A stretch of 63,051 nt of DNA, counting the filler, from Globobulimina sp. (taxonomy: Eukaryota): NCBI GenBank assembly GCA_003354225.1. It is 53 parts of 53 records of this genome, joined end to end, with 100 filler letters (N's around TTAATTAATTAA, not from the genome) between each part and the next. Parts side by side here need not be neighbours in the genome. Positions count along the whole stretch, not along the records: positions 60,770 to 61,860 come from PIVH01023786.1; positions 61,961 to 63,051 come from PIVH01023787.1; 51 more parts are not named here. The stretch is one strand, 5' to 3'. Position 1 is the first letter of the stretch; each line of letters begins with the position of its first letter. Both the position numbers and the translations under genes were made by a program. The notes under the pieces are model-generated. The model was not told the origin of the DNA. It saw only the letters and a list, made by a program, of their open reading frames with translations, and did no database searches. Shown here piece after piece: positions 60,770-63,051 of this stretch.

Positions 60770-61621
60770 CTAAATGTTATCAATATTTCCTTGAATTGCG
60801 TTGAAAAATCGAATTCAATCAATTTTAAATTTCCACTCCAATATACTTTATATTCAAGAACTATCAAAGAATGCGAAGCGAGGCATATTATATTACACGA
60901 TAAAGGAACTAAATTGTTATGCAAAGCAGCTACAAAATGTACTCAGAATGATCAATTTATTCGCATGCCGGGTGCAGCTCATCGTAATGTTTGTAACTTT
61001 ATTGCAAATCAAATAACTTCATTATGCGCAATGGATTTTGTAAAGAGAGATATTTTAAATCATAATTCAAAATCAATTCGATCCTCAATGTATATATTTG
61101 GTTTAATGGCACATTGTAACCAACAAAAAGATATTTTACGATTACGGAAAATATTTGTCTTATTAATTAAGGAAAAATCTATCTTGGATTTACTTGAAGA
61201 ATTTCCAAATATTGAACTAATTTCGGATAATGAATGGGAAAGATATTTGCTCGGATGTTTGGAGACAAATTTTGAGCACAGAAGCAGATGGAATATGATA
61301 AAAGAGATTCTTATTCAATATAAAAAACAAAAAAAAGATAAAAATAATACTTTGGAATGGGCCGAACCTTTATGTGATTTAGAATTAAGTACTGCTATTG
61401 GCGCTATATTGGAGTCACAAAATGATGATATTTATGTTGACAATCCATACAAACAACCATTTAATTCATGGAGAAAATTAATAAGACGCGGGCCTAGATA
61501 CAAAGAAAAGGAATGTCCTATTTATGAAAAAGAGGAATTTGTCGGAGATTATAAAGCTAAAAAAGATAAAGAAAAACAAATTCTTGCTGAAACTCTTAAT
61601 TCTATGAAGCCGTTCGATTAA
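60770..61621 (+). CDS. Hypothetical protein, C-terminal part
   Basis: About 280 codons open; no motif recognised. Confidence 0.6.
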   Translation, partial: LNVINISLNCVEKSNSINFKFPLQYTLYSRTIKECEARHIILHDKGTKLLCKAATKCTQNDQFIRMPGAAHRNVCNFIANQITSLCAMDFVKRDILNHNSKSIRSSMYIFGLMAHCNQQKDILRLRKIFVLLIKEKSILDLLEEFPNIELISDNEWERYLLGCLETNFEHRSRWNMIKEILIQYKKQKKDKNNTLEWAEPLCDLELSTAIGAILESQNDDIYVDNPYKQPFNSWRKLIRRGPRYKEKECPIYEKEEFVGDYKAKKDKEKQILAETLNSMKPFD

Positions 61622-62212
61622 TGCATTAATTTAAAAATGAATATTCTGCTCGTTTTTTTGTTCGGTTTTGTTCTGGCGTTCCATTTTTGTTTGGTTGTTA
61701 GTGCTTTAATTTACCATAATTGTTATCTTAAATCAGAGGTCACTTAGCCGTTACTCGCTTAGATTTGCACATGTCTGTCTTAAAACATTGACACAATCAT
61801 GACCATGAAACGAAATAAAATTTAGTATTCTTGTACTTATAGTTATAATAATCCATACTTNNNNNNNNNNNNNNNNNNNNNNNNNNNNNNNNNNNNNNNN
61901 NNNNTTAATTAATTAANNNNNNNNNNNNNNNNNNNNNNNNNNNNNNNNNNNNNNNNNNNNCTATTGCAGGAACAAAATGTGGAATAAGTTGTGTCATTTG
62001 AGCAAATAACAATAAGGCAGAATACAATCATTATTATGCTAAGCTTAGATTAAATTAGGTAGTAAGTTAAAGTAAAAACTTGCGAAGAATAATAAACTGT
62101 ACATGTAATGACAAAAAAAAGCTGCCAATCCGTCGACCTGTACATGTAAATGATTGTAGGTTTAACAAATCATGAATAACGGTGCATGACGGTGCGTCAA
62201 AATTCCTCCAAC

Positions 62213-63051
62213 ATGCGTGTTAAAATACTATTTATTGTCACCATTATTATTTTTATTGCCATACAACTTAAATTCATCAACATCTATAATTTGCGTAACT
62301 ACAATACACAAAGATCAAGAAATCTTTTATTAAGCAATGCAAATCCGTTAGAAAAGCAATTTGCTGAAAATCGACAAACGTTTCTGCAGCAAGACAAGCA
62401 AAGAATATTAAACAAATTAGACAACGTATTATCATCCATGAAAAACGACCCCTCGTTGGGATTTCCCGCAGTAAAACCAAAACCAAATGAAGATAAAATT
62501 ATTCGTCACATATTGCTATATAACCGTTTATCACCTCCAAATTCGTTGCGTTGTGGCGAATTTAGCTCAAAAAATGAGTTTTATGCATGGATTGATCAGA
62601 GTCCAGGCAGAGGAAATAAAATCGAATTAACATTAGAATCCCATACAAATGTACAGTTCCCAGACACGCAGCTGTTGAGTTCTCGGAAATTCGACAGAGA
62701 GGAAATCACTGAAACACAGCTGAGTGAATTAAAAGACAGCATTACATTGACATGGCATGGACTATTATCTGTGCGTAGTATGCGGATGGAAATACCGGTG
62801 ATTATCTCGTATGAAGCGCGCGAAGACCAAGAGGCTGAATTTTATGTCAAGCAACCAATTGTGTACACGGGTAAAAACTCTGAATATAATTATTTTGCAT
62901 TTGCCAAGCCGCGAATAATTAGATGGAAAGTAGGCCCCTCTGTGCCTGTAATGGTCACAGTGAACAATGGCAAACCAATACGTCCGGCAGTGCCTGATGG
63001 GAGAAACCGGAAATTTAAAGTAAAACTGCACAATAAATTGATGCACGAAGA
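62213..63051 (+). CDS. Type II membrane protein, N-terminal part (runs off the window; not in ORF track)
   Basis: MRVKILFIVTIIIFIAIQLKF signal-anchor, open for 279 codons to the window end. Confidence 0.75.
   Translation, partial: MRVKILFIVTIIIFIAIQLKFINIYNLRNYNTQRSRNLLLSNANPLEKQFAENRQTFLQQDKQRILNKLDNVLSSMKNDPSLGFPAVKPKPNEDKIIRHILLYNRLSPPNSLRCGEFSSKNEFYAWIDQSPGRGNKIELTLESHTNVQFPDTQLLSSRKFDREEITETQLSELKDSITLTWHGLLSVRSMRMEIPVIISYEAREDQEAEFYVKQPIVYTGKNSEYNYFAFAKPRIIRWKVGPSVPVMVTVNNGKPIRPAVPDGRNRKFKVKLHNKLMHE

Noticed and set aside
1137..61916. Regularly spaced TTAATTAATTAA as a biological repeat or CRISPR-like array
   Set aside because: Always centred in 88 Ns at a fixed period; it is a synthetic six-frame-stop linker

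Overview
This window is not a contiguous locus. It is 53 unrelated, size-sorted contigs (28 of 1092 bp, then 25 of 1091 bp) joined by 52 artificial 100-bp linkers (N44-TTAATTAATTAA-N44), so gene neighbourhood only has meaning within a contig. Most contigs come from an AT-rich eukaryote with short GT-AG introns (about 48-69 nt). The gene content suggests a rhizarian or foraminiferan protist, which is an inference: CDC6, IFT140, NUP107, a cyclin, a CDPK-like kinase, membrane-RGS, GPS-7TM, SAM/SAP/MYND/RCC1 proteins and a divergent PIWI-type Argonaute. Two contigs are wholly bacterial (NDP-hexose 2,3-dehydratase with a flippase-like gene; TadG with CpaE). At least six more are eukaryote/prokaryote chimeras typical of whole-genome amplification (AcsE, LysR, MqnA, a CoA-dehydratase activase, GC-rich tails), and one carries a phage gene. 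The bacterial markers point to anaerobic associates. The most notable observations are: (1) a divergent intron-containing PIWI-like gene; (2) a WWE plus ADP-ribosyltransferase cassette apparently nested inside a beta-sandwich domain; (3) a 950-bp structure with tRNA-derived 176-bp inverted arms and a nested MITE; (4) several other MITEs and DIRS/Ngaro-like pieces; (5) an in-frame LysR-reverse transcriptase join, probably an artefact; (6) three host genes whose -1 frame breaks fall on canonical X_XXY_YYZ slippery heptamers, which could be programmed frameshifting or indel error. All family assignments are from motif recognition by eye; no database search was run.
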